Source: a virus (Duplodnaviria > Caudoviricetes). Taken from it: DNA of 48,580 nucleotides. The notes beneath the pieces are model-generated. The model saw only the letters and a list, made by a program, of their open reading frames with translations, was not told the origin of the DNA and searched no databases. Position 1 is the stretch's first letter. Each line of letters begins with the position of its first letter. The translations under genes were made by a program, and so were the position numbers. Where the stretch lies: the IMG/VR virus record IMGVR_UViG_3300035686_000080, positions 1 through 48,580 of that record; one strand, 5' to 3'. Of this stretch, positions 1 through 8,642 are shown piece by piece.

Positions 1-108
1 CTTCTTGCTCAAATCAATCTCGAAGCTGCGACCGTCAAAGCTGAAGGTCACCGTCTCGGCGTTGGGAGAGCCATCGAGGTCATCTGTGGTTACCACTGTC
101 TTTGCCAT
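1..108 (-). CDS. lsr2: Lsr2-family nucleoid-associated protein, N-terminal part (runs off window)
   Basis: Manual translation from ATG at 108 gives MAKTVVTTDDLDGSPNAETVTFSFDGRSFEIDLSKK, matching the Lsr2 dimerization-domain pattern DD(L/F)DG...ETV.F..DG..(Y/F)EIDLS. Not in the ORF track. Confidence 0.85.
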   Translation of the reverse strand, partial: MAKTVVTTDDLDGSPNAETVTFSFDGRSFEIDLSKK

Positions 109-412
109 AGGCGCATCGTCCATCACGATCAAGTGCATAGTCAAACCCCGGAGAGTGACTTTTCTTAAGTCGCCGTCCTTTTGGGCCGATTAACCCGGAA
201 CTAGGGACGATATTGATGCAGTTCGTCCAGCCTTTGCGTTGCCGCACACCCTCTGCGGAACAGCCGCGGACGCGGATCTCCTGTCTTCGACACTGAAAAC
301 AGCGACGCCGCCCTGCGCAGGCGGACTGTGCGCGGGCAGCGCATATCTCGGCATATCCGTCTGCGCCACCGCAGTGATTTTGTTGACACCGGGCCCTGAC
401 CGGTGAAAGCGG

Positions 413-1330
413 CTATGTAGTCACCCGACCCACTTCCGGGTCCCAGGACACGGAGAAAAGCGGCCGGACATCCTGCAATGCCGCGGGCCGGGGCATCATC
501 GAGCGTGCGATTAACCGGTCCCAGCGAACGGTGCGCCGGTGTGTCAAACCGGCGGTATCGCGCGGCGAGAAGGTATAAGGCCCGGTCACCCGTCCGATCA
601 GCAGCGATTGACCGCCCGACACCAGCACGCAGATGTCGTCGCCGGGTTGAACCGCCTCGACGAATTCGGCGAGCGCCCGCACCGCCCGCGACGGCCGGCG
701 TGACGGGTCGACCTGCAATTCGCGCAGCGCGGCCAGGTCTCCGGCCGATGCGTCCGCCGGAACCCCGGCTGCCGGCCCGAATCCGATCACGCCGGTGAGC
801 ACCGCGCGGCCCAGCGCATGCTCGGACTCCGGCCGCAGCACCCACAGAAAGGCACGGGACGCCGAATCCGCGGCAGCGGTGACCGGATCCGCGTCGGGCC
901 AGAAGTAATCCAATCCCTCGGGGCTTTCGGGGAACAGCGGTCGGTAGAACTGCGGGTCCTTGGCGATCAGCTGGCTTCGATGCGAGCGGTGCAACCGTTC
1001 ATCGCCCAACCAGCTCGGCAGCAGTTGCTCGCGCCGCAGGTCGGCCTGGCTGAGTTCGCGAACCCAGGGCGCGAATTCCGCTATCTGGTCGGCAGTGGAA
1101 TCACCATGGCCGCGGCCGGTCCACACCCGCACGCAGTCAAGCCCGTAGCGCACCAACGCCGGCGTGCGCCCGCGCCACATTCGCACCACCGGATGGTTCT
1201 GCCAGCCGTAGTCGGGCAGTTCCAGCGCCCGTAGGATCTGCAGGGTCTCGACCCGCTGCTTGCCCAGCCGCTGCCTGTCCAGCGCATGCGCCGAGGCCAG
1301 GAAGCTCGGGTACGGCAGGAACGTCTGCAT
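413..1330 (-). CDS. MSMEG_6728-family / pyrimidine-dimer DNA glycosylase (T4 EndoV-like) protein with extra C-terminal domain, 305 aa
   Basis: N-terminus MQTFLPYPSF...LDRQRLGKQRVETLQIL...GWQNHPVVRMWRG...HRSHRSQLIAKDP is the family signature. Start trimmed to ATG 1330. Confidence 0.85.
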   Translation of the reverse strand: MQTFLPYPSFLASAHALDRQRLGKQRVETLQILRALELPDYGWQNHPVVRMWRGRTPALVRYGLDCVRVWTGRGHGDSTADQIAEFAPWVRELSQADLRREQLLPSWLGDERLHRSHRSQLIAKDPQFYRPLFPESPEGLDYFWPDADPVTAAADSASRAFLWVLRPESEHALGRAVLTGVIGFGPAAGVPADASAGDLAALRELQVDPSRRPSRAVRALAEFVEAVQPGDDICVLVSGGQSLLIGRVTGPYTFSPRDTAGLTHRRTVRWDRLIARSMMPRPAALQDVRPLFSVSWDPEVGRVTT

Positions 1331-1360
1331 CTTTCCAGAGTGCCCCACGCAGCGGGCTGC

Positions 1361-1404
1361 GACTGTCTGGCGACTGTCTGGCTGCTGTCTGGCGGCTGTC
1401 TGGC
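1361..1404. repeat. 4 x 11-bp tandem repeat (nnCTGTCTGGC)
   Basis: gactgtctggc gactgtctggc tgctgtctggc ggctgtctggc in the divergent intergenic region. Confidence 0.9.
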
Positions 1405-1530
1405 AACCAAGCTCGCTCGCGCCCGCCGGAGCGGACCCACGCGCGCTTCTCGGGTGAGTGATCTTGACGTGCCGCATCGGCAGGTTCTAACGTCAAAAAT
1501 TGTCGTCGCTAGAGAGGCCGAGCGCACTGC

Positions 1531-3063
1531 ATGAGCCTGCTTCCGGGAACCGAAGAATCGCACTGGATGCTGACCGCGCCAGCTGCGTCCCGCCCGCCGC
1601 TGACCCAGGACCTCACGGTTGACGTCGCCGTGATCGGGGCCGGCATCGCCGGGATCAGCACCGCGTGGGAGCTGACCCGCGCCGGCCGCAGCGTCGCGCT
1701 GCTGGAGGCCGACCGCATCGCTGCCGGCGTCACCGGATACACGACCGCCAAGCTGTCAGCGCAGCACACCCTGATCTACGCCCACCTCGCGAGGCGGTTC
1801 GGGGACGAGGCCGCCGCGCGGTACGCCCAGTCCCAGCAGTGGGCCATCGCGCACGTGGCGGAGGTCGCCACCGAGCTCGGCATCGACTGCGACTTCGAAC
1901 AGCGCCCCGCCTACACCTACGTCGAGGACCCGGACGCGGTCGCAGAACTGCAGGACGAGGTCCAGGCCGCGCAGCGAGCTGGACTCCCGGCCTCCCTCAC
2001 CCATGACACGCCGCTGCCATTCCCGGTCGCGGCCGCCCTTCGCGTCGAAGGACAGGCGCAGTTCCACCCGCGCAAGTACCTGCTCGGCCTCGTGGACGAC
2101 ATGATCGCCCGCGGCGCGCACGTCTACGAGCGGTCGCGCGTCGTCGATCTCACGGAGGGGTCCCCGGCCCAGGTCGTCACCGAACACGGCGCCGCCGTCA
2201 CCGCCGAGCACGTCGTGGTGGCGACCAACTACCCGATCTTCGATCGTGCGCTGCTGTTCACCCGCCTCTCGGTCACCCGCGAGCTGGTGATCGCCGCCAC
2301 CATCGCAGAACACCTGGCCCCGCACGGGCTGTTCATCACCACCGAGAAGAACACCCGGTCGGTGCGCAGCGCTCCCTGGGACGACGAAAACCGCCTGCTG
2401 ATCATCACCGGCGAGCACTTCACGCCGGGGACGGCGGAGGTGACCGGCCAGTGGGAGGAGCTGCTGAGCTGGACCCGTGAGCAGTTCCCCGCCGCCCAGC
2501 CCGTCTACCGGTGGGCCGCCCAGGACCCCAGGTCCCTCGACAAGGTCCCCTATATCGGCCCGTTCCACCCGGCGGCGCACAACACCTGGGTCGCGACCGG
2601 CTTCGGCGGCTGGGGAATGGCCACCGGCGTCCTGGCCGGGCGGCTCCTCACCGATCTGATCACCGGGCACGACAACCCCTGGGCATCGCTGTACGACCCA
2701 CGCAGGATCAAGCCGCTCACCGAAACCGGGCCTGCGTTGAAACTCCAGGCGAAGGTCGCCCGCCACTTCATCGGCGACCGGCTGAGCTCGCACGTCGACT
2801 CCGTCGACGACATCCCGCCCGGCCACGGCGCGCTCACCCGGGTAGACGGCCAGCGCGTTGCCGTCTACCGCGACCCGGCCGGCCAGCTGACAGCGGTGTC
2901 AGCCACCTGCACCCACCTGGGCTGCCTCGTGCACTTCAACGACGCCGAGACCACCTGGGAGTGCCCCTGCCACGGCTCGCGCTTCGCCGTCGACGGCGCC
3001 GTCCTGCAAGGGCCCGCCACCCGCCCGCTCGAGCCGCGGCGACTGGACCCGGGGGGCAGCTGA
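1531..3063 (+). CDS. FAD-dependent oxidoreductase with C-terminal Rieske [2Fe-2S] domain (YhfW-like)
   Basis: GAGIAG dinucleotide-binding motif; Rieske motifs CTHLGC and CPCHGS. Confidence 0.92.
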   Translation: MSLLPGTEESHWMLTAPAASRPPLTQDLTVDVAVIGAGIAGISTAWELTRAGRSVALLEADRIAAGVTGYTTAKLSAQHTLIYAHLARRFGDEAAARYAQSQQWAIAHVAEVATELGIDCDFEQRPAYTYVEDPDAVAELQDEVQAAQRAGLPASLTHDTPLPFPVAAALRVEGQAQFHPRKYLLGLVDDMIARGAHVYERSRVVDLTEGSPAQVVTEHGAAVTAEHVVVATNYPIFDRALLFTRLSVTRELVIAATIAEHLAPHGLFITTEKNTRSVRSAPWDDENRLLIITGEHFTPGTAEVTGQWEELLSWTREQFPAAQPVYRWAAQDPRSLDKVPYIGPFHPAAHNTWVATGFGGWGMATGVLAGRLLTDLITGHDNPWASLYDPRRIKPLTETGPALKLQAKVARHFIGDRLSSHVDSVDDIPPGHGALTRVDGQRVAVYRDPAGQLTAVSATCTHLGCLVHFNDAETTWECPCHGSRFAVDGAVLQGPATRPLEPRRLDPGGS

Positions 3064-3118
3064 GCCGCGGGACAGCTCAGCCGGGGGCGAGCACGTCGCA
3101 CTCATCGGTGGCATCGCA

Positions 3119-3142
3119 TCAGACGTTGAAGCGGAACTCCAC
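3119..3142 (-). other. ychF: Displaced 3' end of host ychF marking the left prophage attachment junction
   Basis: Minus strand reads GTG GAG TTC CGC TTC AAC GTC TGA = VEFRFNV-stop, the conserved YchF C-terminus (...GDVVEFRFNV), immediately upstream of the integrase with no ychF body attached. Confidence 0.8.
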
Positions 3143-3183
3143 CGAATTACGTTGCAGAAAGACATGACTGCTAGGGTACGCCC

Positions 3184-4533
3184 GTGCACCGCCGCTGCGG
3201 CCTCTACGCCCGCCAATCCAAGGGAGATCTCGACGGGATCGACCGGCAACTCCCCCGCCTGAAAGCGCTCGCCACCGCCCGCGGATGGACCGTCATCGAC
3301 CAATACCTCGACGACGACGTCACCGCCTCGAAACCACGAGGAGACGAGACCGGCTGGAAGCGCATGCTCGACGACGCCACAGCAGGCCTGATCGACACCG
3401 TGATCGCCGTCGACATAGACCGGCTGCTGCGCTCGACCCGCGACCTGAACACCCTCATCGACCACGGCCTCATGGCCGTCACGGTCGACGGCGAGATCGA
3501 CCTCTCGACCGCCGACGGCGAGTTCCGAGCGACCATGCTGGCCGGCGTGGCCCGGTTCGAGGTCCGACGCAAGGGCGAGCGCCAGTCCCGAGCGCAGCAG
3601 CAGCGCGCCGAGAAGGGCCGACCGGCCAAGGGCATCCGGGCAACGGGGTACACCCTGCAGGGCGAGGTCGTCGAGGCCGAGGCCGAGGTCGTGCGCCGCA
3701 TCTTCGACCGGTTCACCGCAGGCGACACCCTCAGGGGCATCGCCGCCGACCTGGAGCGCGACGGCATCCGCACCCGGCGCGGCGGCGGCTGGTCTCCGTC
3801 CACGGTGTCGTCGATCCTCCGAAACGCCCGATACGCCGGCCGGTCGGTGTACAAGGGCGCCGACGTCGGCGCGGCCATCTGGCCGCCGCTCGTCAGCCCG
3901 GCGCAGTTCTCCGCGGTCGCCGCCCGCCTGGATGACCCGAGGCGGAAGACGCGCGGCGAGGACACGGCGCGCCGGCACTTCGGGTCCGGTCTGTACTACT
4001 GCACGTGCGGCCTTCGGGTCCGGTCAAGCTCGGGAATGCGGAACGGTGCGCACCGGTACACGTGCCGTCAGGGGTGCTTCTACCGCAGCGGCCGCCCCGT
4101 GGACGAGTTCGTGCTCGCGCTGATCCGGGAGTGGCTGGGGCAGCCGGACCTGCGCGATCTGCTCGCGCAGCCGGTCGACCAGCCGCGGCTGAAGGAGCTG
4201 ACTGCTGAGCGCAAGGACCTCGGCAATCAGCGGCTGCGGGCCGAGGCGGACTATGACGACGACCTGATCGACGGGCGGCGCTACCGCACCAAGATCGACA
4301 AGATCAACGCCCGGCTGGCCGCGATCCGGGCCGAGGAGGCGAAGATCGTCGGGAGAGTGGGCGCCGATTCGGTGTTCCTCCACGAGGACCCGGTGGCGGC
4401 GTTCGACGCCTCTCCCCTTGCGATTCAGCGGCGCGTCGCGGACACGCTGATGACCATCACGCTTCACCGCGGGGCGCACGGCAGGCGCGCGTTCGACCCG
4501 GAGTCGGTGCGGGTCGACTGGCGCGCCGACTAG
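3184..4533 (+). CDS. int: Large serine recombinase (phage integrase)
   Basis: YARQS catalytic motif, DRLLR, recombinase domain (ILRNARYAG, WPPLVS), CxCG...C zinc ribbon, coiled coil. Confidence 0.95.
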   Translation: MHRRCGLYARQSKGDLDGIDRQLPRLKALATARGWTVIDQYLDDDVTASKPRGDETGWKRMLDDATAGLIDTVIAVDIDRLLRSTRDLNTLIDHGLMAVTVDGEIDLSTADGEFRATMLAGVARFEVRRKGERQSRAQQQRAEKGRPAKGIRATGYTLQGEVVEAEAEVVRRIFDRFTAGDTLRGIAADLERDGIRTRRGGGWSPSTVSSILRNARYAGRSVYKGADVGAAIWPPLVSPAQFSAVAARLDDPRRKTRGEDTARRHFGSGLYYCTCGLRVRSSSGMRNGAHRYTCRQGCFYRSGRPVDEFVLALIREWLGQPDLRDLLAQPVDQPRLKELTAERKDLGNQRLRAEADYDDDLIDGRRYRTKIDKINARLAAIRAEEAKIVGRVGADSVFLHEDPVAAFDASPLAIQRRVADTLMTITLHRGAHGRRAFDPESVRVDWRAD

Positions 4534-4551
4534 GGCAGCGCGGTATCTCGG

Positions 4552-4767
4552 TCAGCGGTCTCGGCCTTGCGACCAGGCGTGGACGGTGGTCGGCGATCGG
4601 CCGATCGCGGCCGCCACCTGGCGAATGGAGCCGTGGCGGAGCGCCTTCTGGACAGCGGCCTTCCGGGCTTCCTTGACGGACTGCTCGTCGGCGTCACACT
4701 TCGCGAGCGCGGCCTGCAGCGCGGCGACGACGGGTTCGGGAAGAACGTCCGGCTTTCGGGGGCTCAC
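4552..4767 (-). CDS. Small helix-turn-helix DNA-binding protein, 71 aa
   Basis: SIRQVAAAIGRSPTTVHAW HTH; GTG start at 4767, probably leaderless. Confidence 0.75.
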   Translation of the reverse strand: MSPRKPDVLPEPVVAALQAALAKCDADEQSVKEARKAAVQKALRHGSIRQVAAAIGRSPTTVHAWSQGRDR

Positions 4768-4791
4768 GGGCTGAATTGTTCCCACAGGCGA

Positions 4792-4833
4792 ATACGTTAC
4801 CACTTGCGGATACGTTACCGCTGCCGGTAACAT
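4792..4833. promoter_or_regulatory. Divergent promoter region with GTTACC operator-like repeats
   Basis: ATACGTTACC at 4792 and 4810, inverted GGTAAC at 4826; TTGCGG(4804)-N18-TAACAT(4828) lies 7 nt before ATG 4841. Confidence 0.65.
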
Positions 4834-4840
4834 TATCGAC

Positions 4841-5107
4841 ATGACGACGGCGGGACAGACGATGAGCGGTGTGGCAACTATTGCCAAGGCGGTTCGGGAC
4901 CCGAGGAAGGGCGACGTGATCAGCTGGAGCGAGCTCCGGAACGGCCGTCGGCAGACCTACTCCGGCAAGGTGCAGACCGTCCACCCGGACCGCTGGCTGG
5001 TCATGGTCGGCCCGGGCCGGCTGCACTCCCTGGCGCGCGAGGACTGGGAAGCGACCGGCGAGATCACGCAGCCGGTGCCGGTGCGGCTTGCGCTGGTGAC
5101 GGCGTGA
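4841..5107 (+). CDS. Hypothetical protein, 88 aa
   Basis: ORF following a leaderless-type promoter; GTGA overlap with next gene. Confidence 0.65.
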   Translation: MTTAGQTMSGVATIAKAVRDPRKGDVISWSELRNGRRQTYSGKVQTVHPDRWLVMVGPGRLHSLAREDWEATGEITQPVPVRLALVTA

Positions 5108-5331
5108 GAGTCGCGCAAAGAGCCGTTACTCGCTACGTTCAGGGTCGGGACGTGGTGGTCGGTGACGTGCTCGACTCCTTCGGAACCGAGGGCTTCCAGA
5201 TCCTACGGTTCGGCCCGCTGGACTCGCCGCTGGAGCCGATCACCGGCCCCGGCCGGATCGGGTACAACCACCGCGGCGAGGGCATGGCCGTTCACGACAA
5301 CTACCCCGTGCGGCTCCGGGTGGCGTCGTGA
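5104..5331 (+). CDS. Hypothetical protein, 75 aa
   Basis: 4-bp overlaps with both neighbours. Confidence 0.65.
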   Translation: MRVAQRAVTRYVQGRDVVVGDVLDSFGTEGFQILRFGPLDSPLEPITGPGRIGYNHRGEGMAVHDNYPVRLRVAS

Positions 5332-5516
5332 CCACTCCCTCCGACCAGAGCGGCCTGCCGCTGCACCTGCGGCCCGGCTTCGACGGTGACCACAGCTGCG
5401 AGTGCGTCTTCTCGTGCGCTGATGACCCCGCCACGGCCTGCTCGCGGTCAGGCGATTGGCATGTTCACCCGGAGTGGCCATGCGCGGTCCATCCTGATGC
5501 GCCGGGTGACCGATAG
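5328..5516 (+). CDS. Small Cys/His-rich hypothetical protein, 62 aa
   Basis: HSCEC...C...C...HVH...C..H; 4-bp overlap with upstream gene. Confidence 0.6.
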   Translation: MTTPSDQSGLPLHLRPGFDGDHSCECVFSCADDPATACSRSGDWHVHPEWPCAVHPDAPGDR

Positions 5517-5535
5517 CTATCGCCGCGTGAAACGA

Positions 5536-5583
5536 CAAATCCCCCCCACCCCGCCGAGGAATCGGTGAGGTGGGGCGGATTTG
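5536..5583. terminator. Probable bidirectional terminator between convergent units
   Basis: Long imperfect hairpin caaatcccccccaccccgccga-ggaa-tcggtgaggtggggcggatttg. Confidence 0.65.
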
Positions 5584-5601
5584 AAGCCGGAGTGATACCG
5601 A

Positions 5602-6159
5602 TCAGGCGGCTGCCAGGGCGTCCGGGTAGGTGACGATCAGCCGCTCGTGCAGCAGCTCCAGCGCCTCCCGGCGCCGGATGTAGAACGTCATCTCGGTGAC
5701 GCCAAGTTCGGCGATGGAGTCGCGGTGCCGGCGGCCGTCGAAGAACGCCGCGTGCAGGACCAGGCGCAGATGCTCGGGCAGTTCACCCACGGCGGCCCGG
5801 AGATGGTCGAGGACATCCCGGTCGAGCGCGACCTGTTCCGGGCTCGGGTCCGGCTCGGCCGGCTCGACTGGGTGGGCGTCGAGGCTGGTGAATGCCTCGC
5901 CCTTGCGGTACCGCGGGCCCGGACGGCGGTCGCTCGCGCGCAGCTCGTCGAACATGGCGCCTTCGATGCGCCGACTCGCGTAGCGGCCGAACGGCACCCG
6001 GCTCGCCGGGTCGTAGCGGTGCGCGCAGGCGACCAGGGCCTCCATGCCGGCCGACTCCAGCTCGTCGCGGTCGACGAAGGACGGGAGCCGCCGGCAGACA
6101 TCGTTGGCCACCGAACGCACCCGGCCGAGGTTGTCGAGGATCAACGCCTCGGCCAGCAT
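5602..6159 (-). CDS. Sigma-70 family RNA polymerase sigma factor, FliA/WhiG-like, lacking region 3
   Basis: Region 2 LPSFVDRDELESAGMEALVACAHRYDPASRVPFGRYASRRIEGAMFDELR; region 4 LPEHLRLVL...IAELGVTE. Confidence 0.85.
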   Translation of the reverse strand: MLAEALILDNLGRVRSVANDVCRRLPSFVDRDELESAGMEALVACAHRYDPASRVPFGRYASRRIEGAMFDELRASDRRPGPRYRKGEAFTSLDAHPVEPAEPDPSPEQVALDRDVLDHLRAAVGELPEHLRLVLHAAFFDGRRHRDSIAELGVTEMTFYIRRREALELLHERLIVTYPDALAAA

Positions 6160-6163
6160 GGGG

Positions 6164-7582
6164 TCAGCTCACCCTGTTCTCGTAGTGGACCGCCTCGCCG
6201 ACCGTGCCGGGGGTGCCGTCGGTGCCGGTGCCGCAGCCGGCGCCGCCGAGCCCAGGGCCGGGGGTGATGCCGGTCGCGCCGAACGACTGGTCGTAGATCT
6301 TGACCCACCAGCCGTCGCCGCCGCCGGAGCCGCCGCCGCAGTTGCCGTTGCCGGTGACTCCGGTGCCGTCGTCGCCGCCGGGCGCGCCGTCGCCGCCCTT
6401 GATCAGGTACATGCTGTTCGGCCCGTGCACGATGGTGCGGGCTGCGAGCGCGAAGAACTTGCCCGGTCCGCCGGCCGCGCCGCCGTAGTTGACGCCGTCG
6501 CCGGAGCCCCATCCGCCGAAACCGTAGTGGCGCATCTTGTACGCCGACCCGGCCGGGCGCCAGGACAGCAGCCTGATCCAGTTCAGCCACTCGCGCTCGG
6601 CCGTGAGTTGCCCGTGGTACGGCGGTCCCGCCGCGCCGTCGCCACCGACGCCGCCGGGGTAGGGCCCCGCGAGCAGCTGGAGCGCGTCACCCTGACCGGT
6701 GTAGCCCTCGCCCATCGAGTCGGGGAAGCCGTCAGCGTCGAGGATGTCGCGGAACACCGCCCGCCGGTCGACCGCGTCGATGCCGCGCAGATCCATCGTG
6801 CCGTTGATGGTCCAGGCGCCGGTGCAGCAGATCAGCGGCACCAGCTCGTCGGCCCAGGGCACGGTGACCGTGACACCCTCGGGGATGGTGATGTCCGTGT
6901 AGTTGCCGGGCTGGATGACCATGCCGTCGGTGCAGACCAGCGCGCCGTCCTCGCCGTTGCCGTAGATCCACGCGCCGAAGCTGCCCGAGAAGGAGCCAGC
7001 GGGGCCAGCGGGCCCGACCTCGCCCTGTGGCCCCTGGGCGCCGGTGGCGCCTGCCGGGCCGGCCTCGCCGGTGTCACCCTTCGCGCCGGCTGGCCCTGTG
7101 GCCCCTGGCGGACCCTGCTCGCCCGCGTCGCCCTCCGGTCCTGCCGGCCCGGGCGGGCCAGGCTCACCGGGAGCGCCGTCAGCGCCTGGCTCACCGGGCG
7201 GGCCCTGTGGTCCCGTCTCGCCCTGCTCGCCCCGGGGGCCGACCACGCTCAGCACGGGCAGCGGGCTCTCCACTGGCGCGTCGATCAGGGCGTCGAACAG
7301 CCACAGCGGGCCCTCGCCCGCGGTCACCTCGAAGGCCCACACCTTGCCCGTGTCGTCCTGGGCGACCGTGTAGTAGGTGCCGATCGGCAGCATGTCGGCG
7401 TTGAGCTCCAGCGACACCGCCCAGAGACCGGCGCCGTCGGTGACGGTGTTGATCCGGCCGATGACCTCGGCGTGGCCGCTGTCGGTGAAGGCGGCGGAGT
7501 TGAGCCGGATGCTGACGGCTTGCTCGGAGCGGGGGCCGCCGCCGGGGAGGGTGAGCTGGTTCTGGACGATGCGAGTTGCCAC
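6164..7582 (-). CDS. Collagen-repeat, glycine-rich tail fibre / minor tail protein
   Basis: 28 consecutive G-X-Y triplets; Gly-rich C-terminus; position in late operon. Confidence 0.8.
   Translation of the reverse strand: MATRIVQNQLTLPGGGPRSEQAVSIRLNSAAFTDSGHAEVIGRINTVTDGAGLWAVSLELNADMLPIGTYYTVAQDDTGKVWAFEVTAGEGPLWLFDALIDAPVESPLPVLSVVGPRGEQGETGPQGPPGEPGADGAPGEPGPPGPAGPEGDAGEQGPPGATGPAGAKGDTGEAGPAGATGAQGPQGEVGPAGPAGSFSGSFGAWIYGNGEDGALVCTDGMVIQPGNYTDITIPEGVTVTVPWADELVPLICCTGAWTINGTMDLRGIDAVDRRAVFRDILDADGFPDSMGEGYTGQGDALQLLAGPYPGGVGGDGAAGPPYHGQLTAEREWLNWIRLLSWRPAGSAYKMRHYGFGGWGSGDGVNYGGAAGGPGKFFALAARTIVHGPNSMYLIKGGDGAPGGDDGTGVTGNGNCGGGSGGGDGWWVKIYDQSFGATGITPGPGLGGAGCGTGTDGTPGTVGEAVHYENRVS
6989..7240 (-). 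repeat. Collagen-like (G-X-Y)28 coding repeat
   Basis: [12 protein letters not shown] ... GPA GPA GSF counted from the translation. Confidence 0.9.
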
Positions 7583-7623
7583 GCGGGCGGTCTCCTAGCT
7601 GGTCGGATGGGGAGGGTGGGTGG

Positions 7624-8625
7624 TCAGCGGGCCAGGACGCGGACGTAGGCGATCTGGAAGGCGTCGGGGAGCTGGGTGGTGGCGTCGACCTGCAGGCCGT
7701 ACCAGTTGGGCATCGCCCCGCCCACCTGGAGGTTGAGCCGGATGTTCATCGGCTGGTCGAAGGTGGAGTCGAGCCAGCTGGTGTCGGTCGAGGTGACCTT
7801 GAAGACCAGCCGGTTGTCGATGTACCAGCGCACAGCGCCGGGCTCCCGCTCAACCGCGTAGGTGTGCCAGGCGGTCAGGTCGGTGACGGACGTGTCCTCG
7901 TGGCCGCGCTTGGCCAGGTCGCCGTTGGTGGACTGGTGGATGGTCTGCACGGTGGTCTGCGCTCGCGCGCCGGTGCCGGTGCCGACTGACTCCACGATGT
8001 CGAGCTCGCCGGCGCCGGTGTTCTCGCGCAGCCAGAACGCCGGCCAGAGGCCTCGCTCCCGGGGCAGCTTCGCGCGCATCTCCCAGCGGCCGTGGACCTG
8101 GGAGTGCTTGCCGATGGTGTCGAGGTAGCCGGAGGTGTACTGCCGGGTGGTCGAGAACGCGGTGTAGTTCTCCCGCTGTGCTCGCAGGGTCAGATGGCCG
8201 CCGTCGGTGGAGACGTTGGCCGGCCGGTTGGTGACGATGGACAGCTCGTTGCTGGCCCAGGAGTTGTGCCGGACGTTCCACTTCGCCAGCCCGGCGGTGA
8301 AGTCGTCGTAGAAGGTGACCCGGCCCCATCCGGTCGGCAGAGCCGGGTGGGACGACGCAGTGGCGGTCGGCGAGGCCGTGACGGTGACGGTTTCCGGGGG
8401 CAGCGTCACGGGCGGAACCGCGCAGCGCACGGTCAAGGTTCCGCCTGCGTAGCCCGGCGGGGCGCAAGTCGCAGCGGCGGCCGATGACACCGCCGCAGTC
8501 AGGCTGTGCGAGCCTTCGCCAGCGCCCGTGTCGGCGCCCGCGACGGCGGATCCGGCCAGCGCCAGCGCCACGACGCCAGCCGCGGCGAGGTAGGCCGGAC
8601 GACCCGGCATCAGGGTGCGCCTCAT
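7624..8625 (-). CDS. Glycoside hydrolase family 16 protein with N-terminal signal peptide, 333 aa
   Basis: GLWPAFWL...GELDIVE (ExDxxE) motif; YTSG, WHTYAVE; start ATG 8625 with GAAGGA RBS and hydrophobic leader. Confidence 0.85.
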   Translation of the reverse strand: MRRTLMPGRPAYLAAAGVVALALAGSAVAGADTGAGEGSHSLTAAVSSAAAATCAPPGYAGGTLTVRCAVPPVTLPPETVTVTASPTATASSHPALPTGWGRVTFYDDFTAGLAKWNVRHNSWASNELSIVTNRPANVSTDGGHLTLRAQRENYTAFSTTRQYTSGYLDTIGKHSQVHGRWEMRAKLPRERGLWPAFWLRENTGAGELDIVESVGTGTGARAQTTVQTIHQSTNGDLAKRGHEDTSVTDLTAWHTYAVEREPGAVRWYIDNRLVFKVTSTDTSWLDSTFDQPMNIRLNLQVGGAMPNWYGLQVDATTQLPDAFQIAYVRVLAR

Positions 8626-8642
8626 GATGGTTCCTTCCCGGG

